Below, piece by piece: positions 40,111 through 50,258 of a stretch of DNA of 64,000 nucleotides. Each line of letters starts with the position of its first letter. Positions within the stretch are counted from its first letter, which is position 1. Under the pieces are notes generated by a model. The model was given only the letters and a program-made list of their open reading frames with translations, was not told the DNA's origin and ran no database searches. The translations under genes were made by a program, and so were the position numbers. Origin of the DNA: a virus (Duplodnaviria; Caudoviricetes); the IMG/VR virus record IMGVR_UViG_3300021256_000102, positions 3,327-67,326 of that record; one strand, given 5' to 3'.

Positions 40111-40137
40111 TAAAGAGAAGAATTAATCTTCTCTTTA
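40111..40137 (-). terminator. Terminator hairpin
   Basis: TAAAGAGAAGA...TCTTCTCTTTA preceded by A run (U tract on minus). Confidence 0.75.
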
Positions 40138-40149
40138 TTAAAATTATAT

Positions 40150-40533
40150 TTAAGCTAATTTGCTATAATCTGGTGGATTAGATGGAATTTTTTCAAATTC
40201 TATACTGGCATCTTCTTTTGTAAAATTCTCTTTTTCTATACATTTATACATATATAAAATTATAGTTTTCCATATATTTGTTGTATTTAATTTATTGACT
40301 AATTTATCTACATCTTCTTTATCTATATTTTGATTTTTATATGATGCAAGAATTTTTGGTGATGTCATAGATATATAAAAGCATTTATTTTTATTTGGTA
40401 AATTTAATCCAAATGCATAAGTGTTTTTATACATAGATACACAAGAAAATATAATAAATGTATTATCATTATTGTCTTCTTCAAATCCAAGATTACTATA
40501 AAGCATATCAGTCCATTCATAAAAATCTATCAT
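40150..40533 (-). CDS. Hypothetical early protein (paralog of 8163..8570)
   Basis: 127 aa ending PPDYSKLA; ATGA overlap with upstream gene. Confidence 0.75.
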   Translation of the reverse strand: MIDFYEWTDMLYSNLGFEEDNNDNTFIIFSCVSMYKNTYAFGLNLPNKNKCFYISMTSPKILASYKNQNIDKEDVDKLVNKLNTTNIWKTIILYMYKCIEKENFTKEDASIEFEKIPSNPPDYSKLA

Positions 40534-40988
40534 TTTTCTATATTCTCCATAAAATTAGGAATAGGATACTTAATACAAGATCCACATACTCTCATAATAT
40601 CAAAATAAATACCATCATATACTGTTTTTATATAATCAAGATAATCATTATATAAATTAGAATATTTTAACATAGCATTTTGAAGAAATTCTGCTACTTC
40701 TTTTGTAAATTTAAGTCTTTTCTTTCCTTTATCCTTACCACTATTTTTATGCTCTGTAGGCAAAGGAGAACCGGTTTTCATAGAAACTCTTATAACTTCT
40801 GTAGCATCATTCTGATTCATAGCATTATATACTTTAATATATGGATCATATTCAAAATTTCTACCACTTTGAGCATCAGAAAATATACAATATGCTATTT
40901 TCTTTTTTATTCTCTCTCCATAAACTAATTGTTCATTTATTAATTCTTCACCATAAATGAGTTTTTCATTATTAACATAATAAATCAT
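40530..40988 (-). CDS. Hypothetical early protein (paralog of 8571..9026)
   Basis: 152 aa; DPYIKVYNA...ATEVIRV; AAGGAG SD. Confidence 0.8.
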   Translation of the reverse strand: MIYYVNNEKLIYGEELINEQLVYGERIKKKIAYCIFSDAQSGRNFEYDPYIKVYNAMNQNDATEVIRVSMKTGSPLPTEHKNSGKDKGKKRLKFTKEVAEFLQNAMLKYSNLYNDYLDYIKTVYDGIYFDIMRVCGSCIKYPIPNFMENIEK

Positions 40989-41022
40989 AATAATTCTCCT
41001 TTTAAATAATACCTATTATAGT

Positions 41023-41040
41023 TTCAATATTATAATATAT
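41023..41040 (-). promoter_or_regulatory. Early-type promoter
   Basis: ATATATTATAA-tat-TGAA on minus strand. Confidence 0.7.
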
Positions 41041-41067
41041 AATTAAAAATTTATTAAAAAAAAAATA

Positions 41068-41092
41068 AAGAGAGGAATTTCTTCCTCTCTTA
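41068..41092 (-). terminator. Terminator hairpin
   Basis: AAGAGAGGAA...TTCCTCTCTT. Confidence 0.75.
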
Positions 41093-41095
41093 TAT

Positions 41096-41701
41096 TTATA
41101 CTATAATAATATTAGCAAATATATCTGATATAAGTTTAAATTTATTTTTATACATAGAATATCTGATAGTCTTTATTCTTTCATCAGATCTATTGTTTAT
41201 ATAATCATAAATTTTTAAACTTACTTTATCAGATTTATTTAAATTGGTTATACTCTTTCCAGCAGGAATCATAAAATTTCTTATTCCATTACTGACATTA
41301 ATATATCCAATATTTGTATCTTTACTTTTTATATCAAATCCAGGAATATTATAGCAATCATCTTCTGAATAAATACAATTAGAATAATTATCAATATTAG
41401 TATAGATCTTTAAATAATTCATCATATTATTATATTTAATATTATTTCCTAAATAATATATATTCTGCATTAAATTCATCATAGATTCTTCAGTTTTAAT
41501 TTTAAGAAGATCATTAATTTTTGCAGAAATTACTATATTAAATATAATAGGAATTTTTACTATATTAATAAAAGATTCATCATCAGACATCATTACAATA
41601 TATCCTGGAATATGAGATACATAACCAGTAGTTCTTATAAATCCTGCACATCCTGATACAATAGGAATTACATATTTACAGAATTCTATATAATCATTCA
41701 T
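41096..41701 (-). CDS. Hypothetical protein coupled to DNA polymerase gene
   Basis: 201 aa; start overlaps the polymerase stop codon (TAATG). Confidence 0.75.
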   Translation of the reverse strand: MNDYIEFCKYVIPIVSGCAGFIRTTGYVSHIPGYIVMMSDDESFINIVKIPIIFNIVISAKINDLLKIKTEESMMNLMQNIYYLGNNIKYNNMMNYLKIYTNIDNYSNCIYSEDDCYNIPGFDIKSKDTNIGYINVSNGIRNFMIPAGKSITNLNKSDKVSLKIYDYINNRSDERIKTIRYSMYKNKFKLISDIFANIIIV

Positions 41702-43728
41702 TATAATATAGCTCCTTTCTTAATCTCTTCTATAAGAGATTTAGCTGTTGATTCATCAAGAGCCATATCAAATATTAATCCTTCTTTACCAGAATATATA
41801 TTTTCTATTAAAGCTGGAGTTAATTTATCTTTAACAAAATAAATCGCATCATTAAGATTAGAATCTATAGAGGGTCCATTATATGAATTAAAATTATAGA
41901 ATTCCCTAATATCTGATTCTACATCATATATATCACCAAGGCCCATCCATCTCCAACCAAATTCTAAAATATTAGAAGTCATTAAATTATCCAAGAATTC
42001 TCCACCTCTAGAATATTTAGCTTCTTCATCATCATTACTAAACATATCTTGATGCTCATTACGAGAATATCTTCTAGAAGGATCTGATTCATCTTCTATT
42101 ATAATTCTACCATATTGAGTATTTGGAGCCATATTATTTTCAAGAACTATTGAAGGATAAAGTGAAGAATAATCGAAGTCTACACTATTTTCTATTAACA
42201 TAGTAGGTTTACCATTAATATGATATGTAATATCTGGATTATTATGTGTAGGATCTCCGACTTGAGCTCCAGTGAATTTTGTATTAGGCTTTTCATTATA
42301 TATATTCTTATTATTTCCTATAATATATCCATACTCATAAAAATCTTTAGCAAATCTATTTGCTAAATATACACTTTGTCTATGACATTTTGAATAAGAA
42401 GTATTATTAACAAGACATTTTGTAAATATATAATCACAGTCTGCTGTAATTTTTTCTATACATTTTTGCACAATTACATCCATTACATTATAAAAACTAA
42501 AAGTTTTAAAATCTATATAAGGAAGCATATTGATATCTCTAGTGATATTAGAATAATCTAATTTCTTAACATTTGCTACATCTTCTCCGATAGCATTCAA
42601 TGCAAAACTAGGATATGCTCCTCTTCCTTTTCTTCTAGATGCAAATGTAATCATTTGATCAGACCATACACTATATGAAGATATATTTACAAAATCTCCT
42701 CTCTCTTCAAAATTATTTTTATTTCTTTCATCTACATAATATCTTAAAAATACTGGCTTTATACTTGGATCACAAATAATCTCTCCAGCATCTCCTCCTA
42801 ACTCATATATTCTAGCCATTATATAAGTTAAGTCAAATGACATATTCCAAACATTTATGAAGTCTGGCCTTGTAATATTAATAACTTCAAATATTTTTTG
42901 AAGCATCTCTAATTCATCTTTAAAGAATAAGAGTTTATACTCCATATTATCTACACCAAACTTTACTGCTTTTTTATATCCTCCAACAGCATTAATTACA
43001 AACTGCTTTAATTCAGATATAATATCTTTTCTAGCAAATTGTCTCTTATAATCTTGCAATGCTGGATTTCTTGGATCATCAAATATAAATTGATAAGTTG
43101 TATTATTTGCTTCATCACAATAAGCTATTGCATTAATAGGAACTTCTCCAGGATCAGGAAAATCTTTTATTGCATATCTACCATCGGTTTCTATATCAAG
43201 AAATCCTTTAGCTAATTTAAATATATTATTAGGATAAGATAATCCAAATAAAAATCTATAGTAATTCTCTATATTCATATCTGACATAAATATAGATGGT
43301 AAAGTATGAAGTTTTTTATTTTCCTTATACATTTCATTTGCTACATTATACTGATAATAATCTATCATATCTGTAGCTTCTGCTATTGCTTGTAAAATAT
43401 TAGAATATTTACAAGTATAAGGCTTTACATCTTCTTTAGGAATAAAGAATAACACATAATCTGTAGGAATTATATCATCTTTTAATTTATAAAAAGTATA
43501 TACTGGCTCATATATTATATGAACATGCTTTTCTTCAGTTTTATTATCTCTAAATAAAATAGCAATATAATCCTTTTCATATTTAGGATATTTACTATTA
43601 TCAGATTCTACTTTCTTTCTTGGTATATAAGCAGTATTTATAATTGTAATATCTGAACCTTCTGGATATCCAGGAATTAATAACTTATATTGTTCATTAT
43701 TCAAAATGAAACTCTTCTGTTTTGCCAT
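41701..43728 (-). CDS. Family B DNA polymerase, N-terminal half of a split enzyme
   Basis: ExoI LDIETDG, ExoII WNMSFDLTYI, ExoIII YNVMDV, motif A DFDYSSLYPSI; motifs B and C (YGDTDS) absent. Confidence 0.9.
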   Translation of the reverse strand: MAKQKSFILNNEQYKLLIPGYPEGSDITIINTAYIPRKKVESDNSKYPKYEKDYIAILFRDNKTEEKHVHIIYEPVYTFYKLKDDIIPTDYVLFFIPKEDVKPYTCKYSNILQAIAEATDMIDYYQYNVANEMYKENKKLHTLPSIFMSDMNIENYYRFLFGLSYPNNIFKLAKGFLDIETDGRYAIKDFPDPGEVPINAIAYCDEANNTTYQFIFDDPRNPALQDYKRQFARKDIISELKQFVINAVGGYKKAVKFGVDNMEYKLLFFKDELEMLQKIFEVINITRPDFINVWNMSFDLTYIMARIYELGGDAGEIICDPSIKPVFLRYYVDERNKNNFEERGDFVNISSYSVWSDQMITFASRRKGRGAYPSFALNAIGEDVANVKKLDYSNITRDINMLPYIDFKTFSFYNVMDVIVQKCIEKITADCDYIFTKCLVNNTSYSKCHRQSVYLANRFAKDFYEYGYIIGNNKNIYNEKPNTKFTGAQVGDPTHNNPDITYHINGKPTMLIENSVDFDYSSLYPSIVLENNMAPNTQYGRIIIEDESDPSRRYSRNEHQDMFSNDDEEAKYSRGGEFLDNLMTSNILEFGWRWMGLGDIYDVESDIREFYNFNSYNGPSIDSNLNDAIYFVKDKLTPALIENIYSGKEGLIFDMALDESTAKSLIEEIKKGAIL

Positions 43729-43820
43729 ATTAAACTCCTCATATAAATTATATTAAAGTCAAAAATTCTATAAAATTTAATTTACAATACTTTTTATTAA
43801 TTAAATAGAACTAGTATTTA

Positions 43821-43838
43821 TTCATAATTATAATATAT
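43821..43838 (-). promoter_or_regulatory. Early-type promoter for DNA polymerase (late-type GACT-N6-TA also at 43749-43760)
   Basis: ATATATTATAA-tta-TGAA on minus strand. Confidence 0.6.
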
Positions 43839-43859
43839 TTTCAAAAAGGAGATTAGAAT

Positions 43860-44906
43860 ATGGATTCTATTAATTTCCCAATTCCTCCAAATAATAATGG
43901 ACAAAATAATTCATCTATGTATATGAGTCAAGCATATACTACTGATGGTAAACCTGTTCAAACAGAAACTATTCCTCCAGCACAAGAAAAAGATAAACTT
44001 TCTATTGGAGCTAATTTTTCTAAACTTATTGGAACAGATGTAAGAGCTCAAATTGTACCTATTGGAAATACTGGAGTAGTTACAGAAAAAGCAAAAAGAA
44101 AAAAGAAAGTTGTTACTAAAGATCCTACTAAAGATGGACATGATGCTGAAGTTATTGATCCTACTAATTCTAGACAAGTAGTAGAAAATACAGTGTATGC
44201 TGATTCTTATGTTGCTACTAATAAGATGGCATATAATATTATTGCTCAATCTGATGACTTACTTAGAGATTGTAAACAAGATCTTGATTTTATTAGATCT
44301 CAAAGAAATCTTAAAGGAAAATATCATTATACTAATGCCACTTTAGCAAGTATGAGTAGTCTTCTTAATACAAAATTAGCAGCTGTAAAAGAAATTAATA
44401 ATACTATTAAATCTGTTAATGATATGGAGTATCGTAGATTTAAAGACATGAGAGCTATTGATCAAGGGGATGATACAAAAGCTCTTATGGATGCTTATAA
44501 TGCATATATTTCAGCTCCTGTTGGTGGGACACCTTATTCTCAACCTAATACTATGGAAATGACAGCTGGACTTGATGGTGTTATTAGAGCAGATATGGGA
44601 TCTAACGTTACAGATCAAGGAATGGCTAATTATTTAGCAAACTTAAGTCCAGAAGAAAATTTAATGCTTCATGATAATAATCCTAATATTGAAGAAGTAA
44701 TTGTATATGATGAAGCAAGTGGTGCCAAATATTTCCAATGGGTTGATAAGAGAACTGATACTCCTATTCCTAATATGCCTGCAAGTTCTGAATTAGCATT
44801 AAATGATTATAGTGTAGATGTAAATAGAAGAATTGCAAAAAATAATAATTTAAATACTACAAAAAGAGTTATTATTAAGAATTCTACTAATATTTCAAGA
44901 TTTTAA
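43860..44906 (+). CDS. Hypothetical protein
   Basis: 348 aa ORF, AAGGAG SD. Confidence 0.8.
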   Translation: MDSINFPIPPNNNGQNNSSMYMSQAYTTDGKPVQTETIPPAQEKDKLSIGANFSKLIGTDVRAQIVPIGNTGVVTEKAKRKKKVVTKDPTKDGHDAEVIDPTNSRQVVENTVYADSYVATNKMAYNIIAQSDDLLRDCKQDLDFIRSQRNLKGKYHYTNATLASMSSLLNTKLAAVKEINNTIKSVNDMEYRRFKDMRAIDQGDDTKALMDAYNAYISAPVGGTPYSQPNTMEMTAGLDGVIRADMGSNVTDQGMANYLANLSPEENLMLHDNNPNIEEVIVYDEASGAKYFQWVDKRTDTPIPNMPASSELALNDYSVDVNRRIAKNNNLNTTKRVIIKNSTNISRF

Positions 44907-44911
44907 AAAAT

Positions 44912-44940
44912 AAAGAGGATAGGGTTTACCTATCCTCTTT
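44912..44940. terminator. Bidirectional terminator
   Basis: AAAGAGGATAGG...CCTATCCTCTTT between convergent genes. Confidence 0.85.
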
Positions 44941-45111
44941 CTTATTATAAATTGTTAGATAATCATTAATACTACATTCAATAAAATCTTCTAAGCTTGT
45001 AAAAATGTCTTCTTTATTTCTAGTAAATAATTGTTCTTTTTTATTTCCTTTTCTTATAATGATATTATAATTATCTATTATAAATATAACTAAACCTTTC
45101 TTAAAGATCAT
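44926..45111 (-). CDS. Small hypothetical protein
   Basis: 61 aa, start overlaps upstream stop; C-terminus runs into terminator. Confidence 0.5.
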   Translation of the reverse strand: MIFKKGLVIFIIDNYNIIIRKGNKKEQLFTRNKEDIFTSLEDFIECSINDYLTIYNKKEDR

Positions 45112-45443
45112 TAAGAAATCTCTTTTTCAACTTCAAAATATTTTATACCAAGAAATTCAAGAAGATCTTTAATATCATTTTGTTTCCAGCAAACTCCTTC
45201 ATATTTATCAACATAAATACCATCTTTAGTTGAAAATGTATTATTATGTACATTTTCAAAGAATTCACTTAAAGATTCTTTTGAATCATTGTTTTTTATA
45301 ATATCAAAATAAGAATCATAATCATTATTTTTAATTTTTATAGTTTTAAAAATGACTGCTATTTCATTATTATTATTATTCAAATCGAACTCCTTTAAAT
45401 GAACATATAATTTTACTAGTACTTTGTGTGTCAAATTCAACAT
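45111..45443 (-). CDS. Hypothetical protein
   Basis: 110 aa ORF; true start may be downstream of 45443. Confidence 0.6.
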   Translation of the reverse strand: MLNLTHKVLVKLYVHLKEFDLNNNNNEIAVIFKTIKIKNNDYDSYFDIIKNNDSKESLSEFFENVHNNTFSTKDGIYVDKYEGVCWKQNDIKDLLEFLGIKYFEVEKEIS

Positions 45444-48108
45444 TATGCGAACAAATAATACATTGCTCAGAATTCATAATATCTAATACACTATTAAGAA
45501 CTTGTATAAATGTAATTCTATTTCCTTGATCAAGACCACCATCAATCTCATCAAATCTAGGAATATTATATTTCAAACTACTCTTCATCATAGCTACACA
45601 AGAGAATACTAATCCTATCATACATTTTTGTGCAGTTGACCCATTGGATATATCTGGTACACCCATTCCTCCAGGACCAATAAATGGAACAGAAAATTGT
45701 TTTTCATTTATTATAGGAACATCTAGTTGAATATTTCCACCAAACATATAAGCAAGCATTCTATTACAATCAATAATAATATCACTCATATATCTTTTTA
45801 TATATTCAGATTGAATCCCCATTCCATTTCCAGGAGAACAAGCATTTCTAATAAATACCATCTTATCATAAAGATCAGATGAAGTTTTATATTCCTGCTG
45901 ATAACTTACTATATTTGTAAGATTATAAGAAATAACATTTATAGAATCATTCAATGGTTTAATTTGTTCTTCTATATAATTTAATTGGTCTTTTAATTTA
46001 TTTACAGAATCTACTTTTTCTTTTACTAAAGATATTTTATCTTTTACAGAATTAAATTCTTCTCTTAATTCAGATTTTTCTTTATTAAGATTATCCATTT
46101 TTTCTTCTGATTCTATAAGTTTCTGTAAATTATCTATAGTAGTAGAAGTCTCTGATATAACTCTTTCTAAAAAAGTACAATCTTTACTTAAAGATTTAAT
46201 TTCTTCTTCTCTTTTATTATACTCTTCTTCTAATTTAGAAATAGATTCAATAAGAGAATCTTTTATAAGTTTATTTGATTTATAAACTTTAAGATCCGAT
46301 TCCATTTCTTTTAGTTGAAGTTTTAATTTAGAGAAGTTATCATAAATGGATTTCTTTTCTATCAAATCATCTATAATAGAAAATTCTGGAAACTTATTAT
46401 GATTTAAAATTTTAGTAAAAATTTTATTGATATCAATCATAAAAGATAATTTGGAAATTTTAGTAAATATAGATTTTTTAGATATACTAAGAATAGGTTT
46501 TAATTTACTAATAATTTCTATTATAATATTAGCATTTTCTATTCTTATAGATAGATCTTTTATTTTTAATCTACTATCTTCTAATTCTTTTTCTAAATTA
46601 CTAATATCTTCTTTAGATTTTATTGTTTCTTGTAACTTAATATATTTTACAATATAAGGGCAAGAATCTATCTTACAGCTACTTGGTCTTGTAGAACCAA
46701 ATTTTTGTAAAGTTTCATAATCTTCTTTATATCTCTCAAGATCTTTTTCTGTAGATATAATAAAAGTAGATAAATTAGAAATTTCTTTATTCATTTTTAT
46801 TAAATCTTCTTTTATAGAAGATTCTTCATAATAATATTCAATGGCTTCTTTAATATTAATATTTGAATAAGAATCTTCTAATATAGAAATATCTAATAAA
46901 AATTTATCAAGATCAGATTTTAAATCTTTTAATTCTGATAAAGATACTAATTCAAGAATCTCAATTTCGCTTTTCTTAAGATATGAAGAATATAATTCAA
47001 CTTCTTCTTTTATCTGTTCTACAGCTTCTTCTATATTAATTTGAACTTCTTCTCTTGTTAAAGCTGATAATCTATTTCTATTATCCTCAAGAGTATTAGA
47101 AGTAAGCTGATTCATAGATAATAAACTAGATATTTTATTTTTATTAGATTCTAAATTTTTATTATATTCAGAAAGCTTCTCTTGAGTTTTATCATAAAGA
47201 GATTTTAAATCTTGACTTTGAGGAGTTATTCCTAATTTAAAGTATAACTTGTCTAAAACTGATTTATTTTTCTCCATTTCCAAATTAATTATCGTCAACC
47301 TATCAGAAATGGACTGATAAAGATCCTGCATTTTATTATTTGGATCTATTATCTTTACAGTAGTCTCAGCTTCAGACAATTCTTTAATAATAGAATCTCT
47401 TTCATTATTAAAATCTTTTAATTGTGTTTCTAATTGAATTTGTTTTAATCTTAATTCATTTTCATTTCCAATTTCATAAATCTTATTATTCAATGTATTC
47501 ATATAAGATTTAAGATTAGAAACCTTCTTTGAAATAATCTTAAAAATATTATTATAAGTATCAAGCGATCCAATATAATTAGCCATATATTTTCTTCTCT
47601 CAGATGGAATCATATCTACAATTCCTCTTTGTTCAGAAGATACAAATGATAAATCTAAATATACAGGATCTATTCCAAGTAAATCATCCCTTATATCTTT
47701 AAAAGAAGAAACATTTCCATTAGGATTCATTTCTTCATCATTTTTAGATATAAAAGCTTTTGTAGTTCTTCTTGTTCTTGATTCATCTACTAATGATTGA
47801 ATAAGAATTTTATACACTATAGAATTTCCATATTCATCATAATCTAAATAATGAATCTCTTTTTCTCCAGGATATTCTATAATTTGTCTATTTCCATTTT
47901 GATCAATAAATACATCTGTTCTAAAAGAATCAGAAGAATCTGGATTTGGAGTAAGTGCTTTTATAATTGTAGATTTACCAGTACCATTTTCTCCAGATAC
48001 CAATATAATTCTATTTTTAAAATTTAAAAATGGAATTATTAATTCATCTAATCCCATCCCATTAAGAATATTTATATAGCCTTTTATTCTAAAATAAGTT
48101 ATTTTCAT
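45376..48108 (-). CDS. sbcC: SbcC/Rad50-like SMC ATPase
   Basis: Walker A GENGTGKST, long coiled coils with central CKIDSCP hook-like motif, signature ISNGSTAQ, Walker B RFDEIDGGLD, terminal CSH. Confidence 0.9.
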   Translation of the reverse strand: MKITYFRIKGYINILNGMGLDELIIPFLNFKNRIILVSGENGTGKSTIIKALTPNPDSSDSFRTDVFIDQNGNRQIIEYPGEKEIHYLDYDEYGNSIVYKILIQSLVDESRTRRTTKAFISKNDEEMNPNGNVSSFKDIRDDLLGIDPVYLDLSFVSSEQRGIVDMIPSERRKYMANYIGSLDTYNNIFKIISKKVSNLKSYMNTLNNKIYEIGNENELRLKQIQLETQLKDFNNERDSIIKELSEAETTVKIIDPNNKMQDLYQSISDRLTIINLEMEKNKSVLDKLYFKLGITPQSQDLKSLYDKTQEKLSEYNKNLESNKNKISSLLSMNQLTSNTLEDNRNRLSALTREEVQINIEEAVEQIKEEVELYSSYLKKSEIEILELVSLSELKDLKSDLDKFLLDISILEDSYSNINIKEAIEYYYEESSIKEDLIKMNKEISNLSTFIISTEKDLERYKEDYETLQKFGSTRPSSCKIDSCPYIVKYIKLQETIKSKEDISNLEKELEDSRLKIKDLSIRIENANIIIEIISKLKPILSISKKSIFTKISKLSFMIDINKIFTKILNHNKFPEFSIIDDLIEKKSIYDNFSKLKLQLKEMESDLKVYKSNKLIKDSLIESISKLEEEYNKREEEIKSLSKDCTFLERVISETSTTIDNLQKLIESEEKMDNLNKEKSELREEFNSVKDKISLVKEKVDSVNKLKDQLNYIEEQIKPLNDSINVISYNLTNIVSYQQEYKTSSDLYDKMVFIRNACSPGNGMGIQSEYIKRYMSDIIIDCNRMLAYMFGGNIQLDVPIINEKQFSVPFIGPGGMGVPDISNGSTAQKCMIGLVFSCVAMMKSSLKYNIPRFDEIDGGLDQGNRITFIQVLNSVLDIMNSEQCIICSHNVEFDTQSTSKIICSFKGVRFE

Positions 48109-48299
48109 AGATATTCATCCTCTACAATAACCTGTTTAATAGAGATATCTACATCTTCAAAATTAATATTTTTATGAGTATGCTTAAAAGATTTAGTAGC
48201 ATTCATAATAGCTTTATCTTTTCCATTAGCATTTGCTCTAATAATAACAATATTTTCTCCAGTATTTTTATTAATAAAAGTCACATCATATGTTCTCAT
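48105..48299 (-). CDS. Small hypothetical protein
   Basis: 64 aa, AAGGAG SD, ATGA overlap with sbcC-like gene. Confidence 0.7.
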   Translation of the reverse strand: MRTYDVTFINKNTGENIVIIRANANGKDKAIMNATKSFKHTHKNINFEDVDISIKQVIVEDEYL

Positions 48300-48351
48300 A
48301 TTAATCTCCTTTTCAATTTATAATATGAGGTTTTTAAAAATATAAAAAATT

Positions 48352-48383
48352 AATATGAGGAGAGATTTTTCTCTCCTCATATT
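48352..48383 (-). terminator. Terminator hairpin
   Basis: AATATGAGGAGAGA...TCTCTCCTCATATT. Confidence 0.8.
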
Positions 48384-48391
48384 ATTAATTA

Positions 48392-49186
48392 TTAAAAATC
48401 TTCATCTGTAGGTTCTTCTTGAATATTTTCATTATTTATTATTTCATTTATATCTTCTTTGGATAAATTATTCATAAAATCAAAATCATTAAAATCTGTT
48501 GTTAAAAATACATCAACAGAATCTTGAATAAGATGCTCTATTGTAATCATATCAGAATAAAGTCCATTAAAGGTTCCAATATAATCATATAATAAAGAGG
48601 ATAAAGTTTTATAATTTCTAATAGTAGAAATTTTATTAGAAGGTGGATATTCATATGATCCATCTTTAAGAAAAGCAGAATATAAAACATGTTTAAAGAA
48701 TGTAAGTTCATTAAACATTTTTTCTACATAAGGAGTTAAATCTTTTATATTTCTTTTCCATCTTCCTTCATCTGTTTCAAGATTCCAATCTTTTACAGCT
48801 TTAATAAAATCATTAACAGATTTAATAATTTCTTCTCCAGATAAAAGGAAATTAATTTTAATTTCTCTAATAGGTATAGTATATTTTATTTTAGATTTTT
48901 TCTCTTCTTCATATATATCATTATATAATTTCATCTTATCTTCATTCCATTTATAAAAATGATATACTGATATTGAGAATTTAGGTTTAGAAACAGAACT
49001 TAACTTTTCATCAAGCATTTTAAATGTTATATTAAATAAGTCTGAATAATCAATAAACATAGTAGCAAGTGTAGAACTTAATTCCTGTAAAGGAATAATA
49101 TAATTATTAATTCTATCATTTAAACTTTCTTTAAATATACACTTTCTAATCATTTCTTTATCAATTTTCATTATTATTTCCTCCAT
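48392..49186 (-). CDS. Hypothetical protein
   Basis: 264 aa ORF; GGAGG SD suggests start a few codons in. Confidence 0.75.
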   Translation of the reverse strand: MEEIIMKIDKEMIRKCIFKESLNDRINNYIIPLQELSSTLATMFIDYSDLFNITFKMLDEKLSSVSKPKFSISVYHFYKWNEDKMKLYNDIYEEEKKSKIKYTIPIREIKINFLLSGEEIIKSVNDFIKAVKDWNLETDEGRWKRNIKDLTPYVEKMFNELTFFKHVLYSAFLKDGSYEYPPSNKISTIRNYKTLSSLLYDYIGTFNGLYSDMITIEHLIQDSVDVFLTTDFNDFDFMNNLSKEDINEIINNENIQEEPTDEDF

Positions 49187-49194
49187 TAATAGTT

Positions 49195-49911
49195 TTAAAA
49201 ATTATTAACAATTAAATCATTGGCATCTTTATATTTTTTATCTTTAATAAGATCAATATATTTTATCCATTCTTCACAATTCTTTTTTGATTCTTCAAAG
49301 ATTTTTTGATTAATATCATTTTTATATTTTTCATCTTTAGCAAATCTTTCAAGATCAATTTCATCATATTTTTCTTTATATACAGTAGATTCTGTATTTC
49401 CTAATAAATATTTATTAATCATTAATAAATTTAAACAAGATTCTGTATTATACTCTTTACTAATAATCACTTTATCAGAATAATTTGCAATAATTTTTGT
49501 TGCTGATATAACAGCTTTTGATAAATTTGTATCAGGATAAACTCTACAAAATACTTTATAAATATCAAATTTATCATTATCAATAATATTATTGCATAAT
49601 TTAATATTATTCCAAATATATTTAACCGTTTCTACAAAACATTCTCCTAAATATATAGTAGATTCTATATTTAAAAAATCTACTACTTCAATATACTTAT
49701 GTGAATTTTTTCTATATAATGTGTCATCATAAAATACAAAACTACATAAATCTCTAAATACATCATAATTATAGTGCTGGCTTACAGTAGTTTTTAATAT
49801 TGGAATAAATTTATCTAATCCAACATCCCCAATTAATTTTAAATATTTTTCTTTGATTTTTTCTAAAACCATTTTTTCATATTCATAATCTGTTCTTACT
49901 AAATCAACCAT
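49195..49911 (-). CDS. Hypothetical early protein
   Basis: 238 aa, AAGGAGG SD, early promoter upstream. Confidence 0.75.
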   Translation of the reverse strand: MVDLVRTDYEYEKMVLEKIKEKYLKLIGDVGLDKFIPILKTTVSQHYNYDVFRDLCSFVFYDDTLYRKNSHKYIEVVDFLNIESTIYLGECFVETVKYIWNNIKLCNNIIDNDKFDIYKVFCRVYPDTNLSKAVISATKIIANYSDKVIISKEYNTESCLNLLMINKYLLGNTESTVYKEKYDEIDLERFAKDEKYKNDINQKIFEESKKNCEEWIKYIDLIKDKKYKDANDLIVNNF

Positions 49912-49946
49912 TAAGTTGCCTCCTTAAAATAAAATACAATATATAC

Positions 49947-49966
49947 TTCATTATTATAATATCTAT
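49947..49966 (-). promoter_or_regulatory. Early-type promoter
   Basis: ATAGATATTATAA-taa-TGAA on minus strand. Confidence 0.7.
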
Positions 49967-49985
49967 TCAAAAATTAAATTAAAAT

Positions 49986-50009
49986 GGAGTAGGGATTTCT
50001 CCCTACCCC
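49986..50009 (-). terminator. Terminator hairpin
   Basis: GGAGTAGGGA...TCCCTACCCC with A run on left (U tract on minus). Confidence 0.75.
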
Positions 50010-50012
50010 GTA

Positions 50013-50258
50013 TATTAAAATCTTAGAATATATTAAGTCAATTAACCACCGGAAAATGTCTTAACCTTATTATCATAGAATTATAACTATATACATTTAT
50101 AAACCGACTATGAAAAATATATCTTTTACAAACCCATGTTTTTGGCTTGGATAACTTATCCCAATAAGATTCTACACAGTTCTTTATAGCATTATTAAGA
50201 AAGAACCTAATCTTATTTTGACATTTTTAATGACTTAATATAATTCTAAAATCTAATA
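50013..50258 (-). ncRNA. Candidate structured non-coding RNA, family unknown
   Basis: Nested stems: 50023-40/50231-49, 50053-60/50220-27, 50163-71/50209-17, 50179-85/50200-06, 50149-53/50157-61, 50073-78/50108-13; outer stem extends by G-U pairs only on minus strand; no ORF. Confidence 0.55.

Noticed and set aside
50100-50130. Group I intron-like words (AAGAUAUA...UAGUC) inside the structured RNA
   Set aside because: Elements are not contiguous or ordered as P7/J8-7, and the region does not interrupt a gene.
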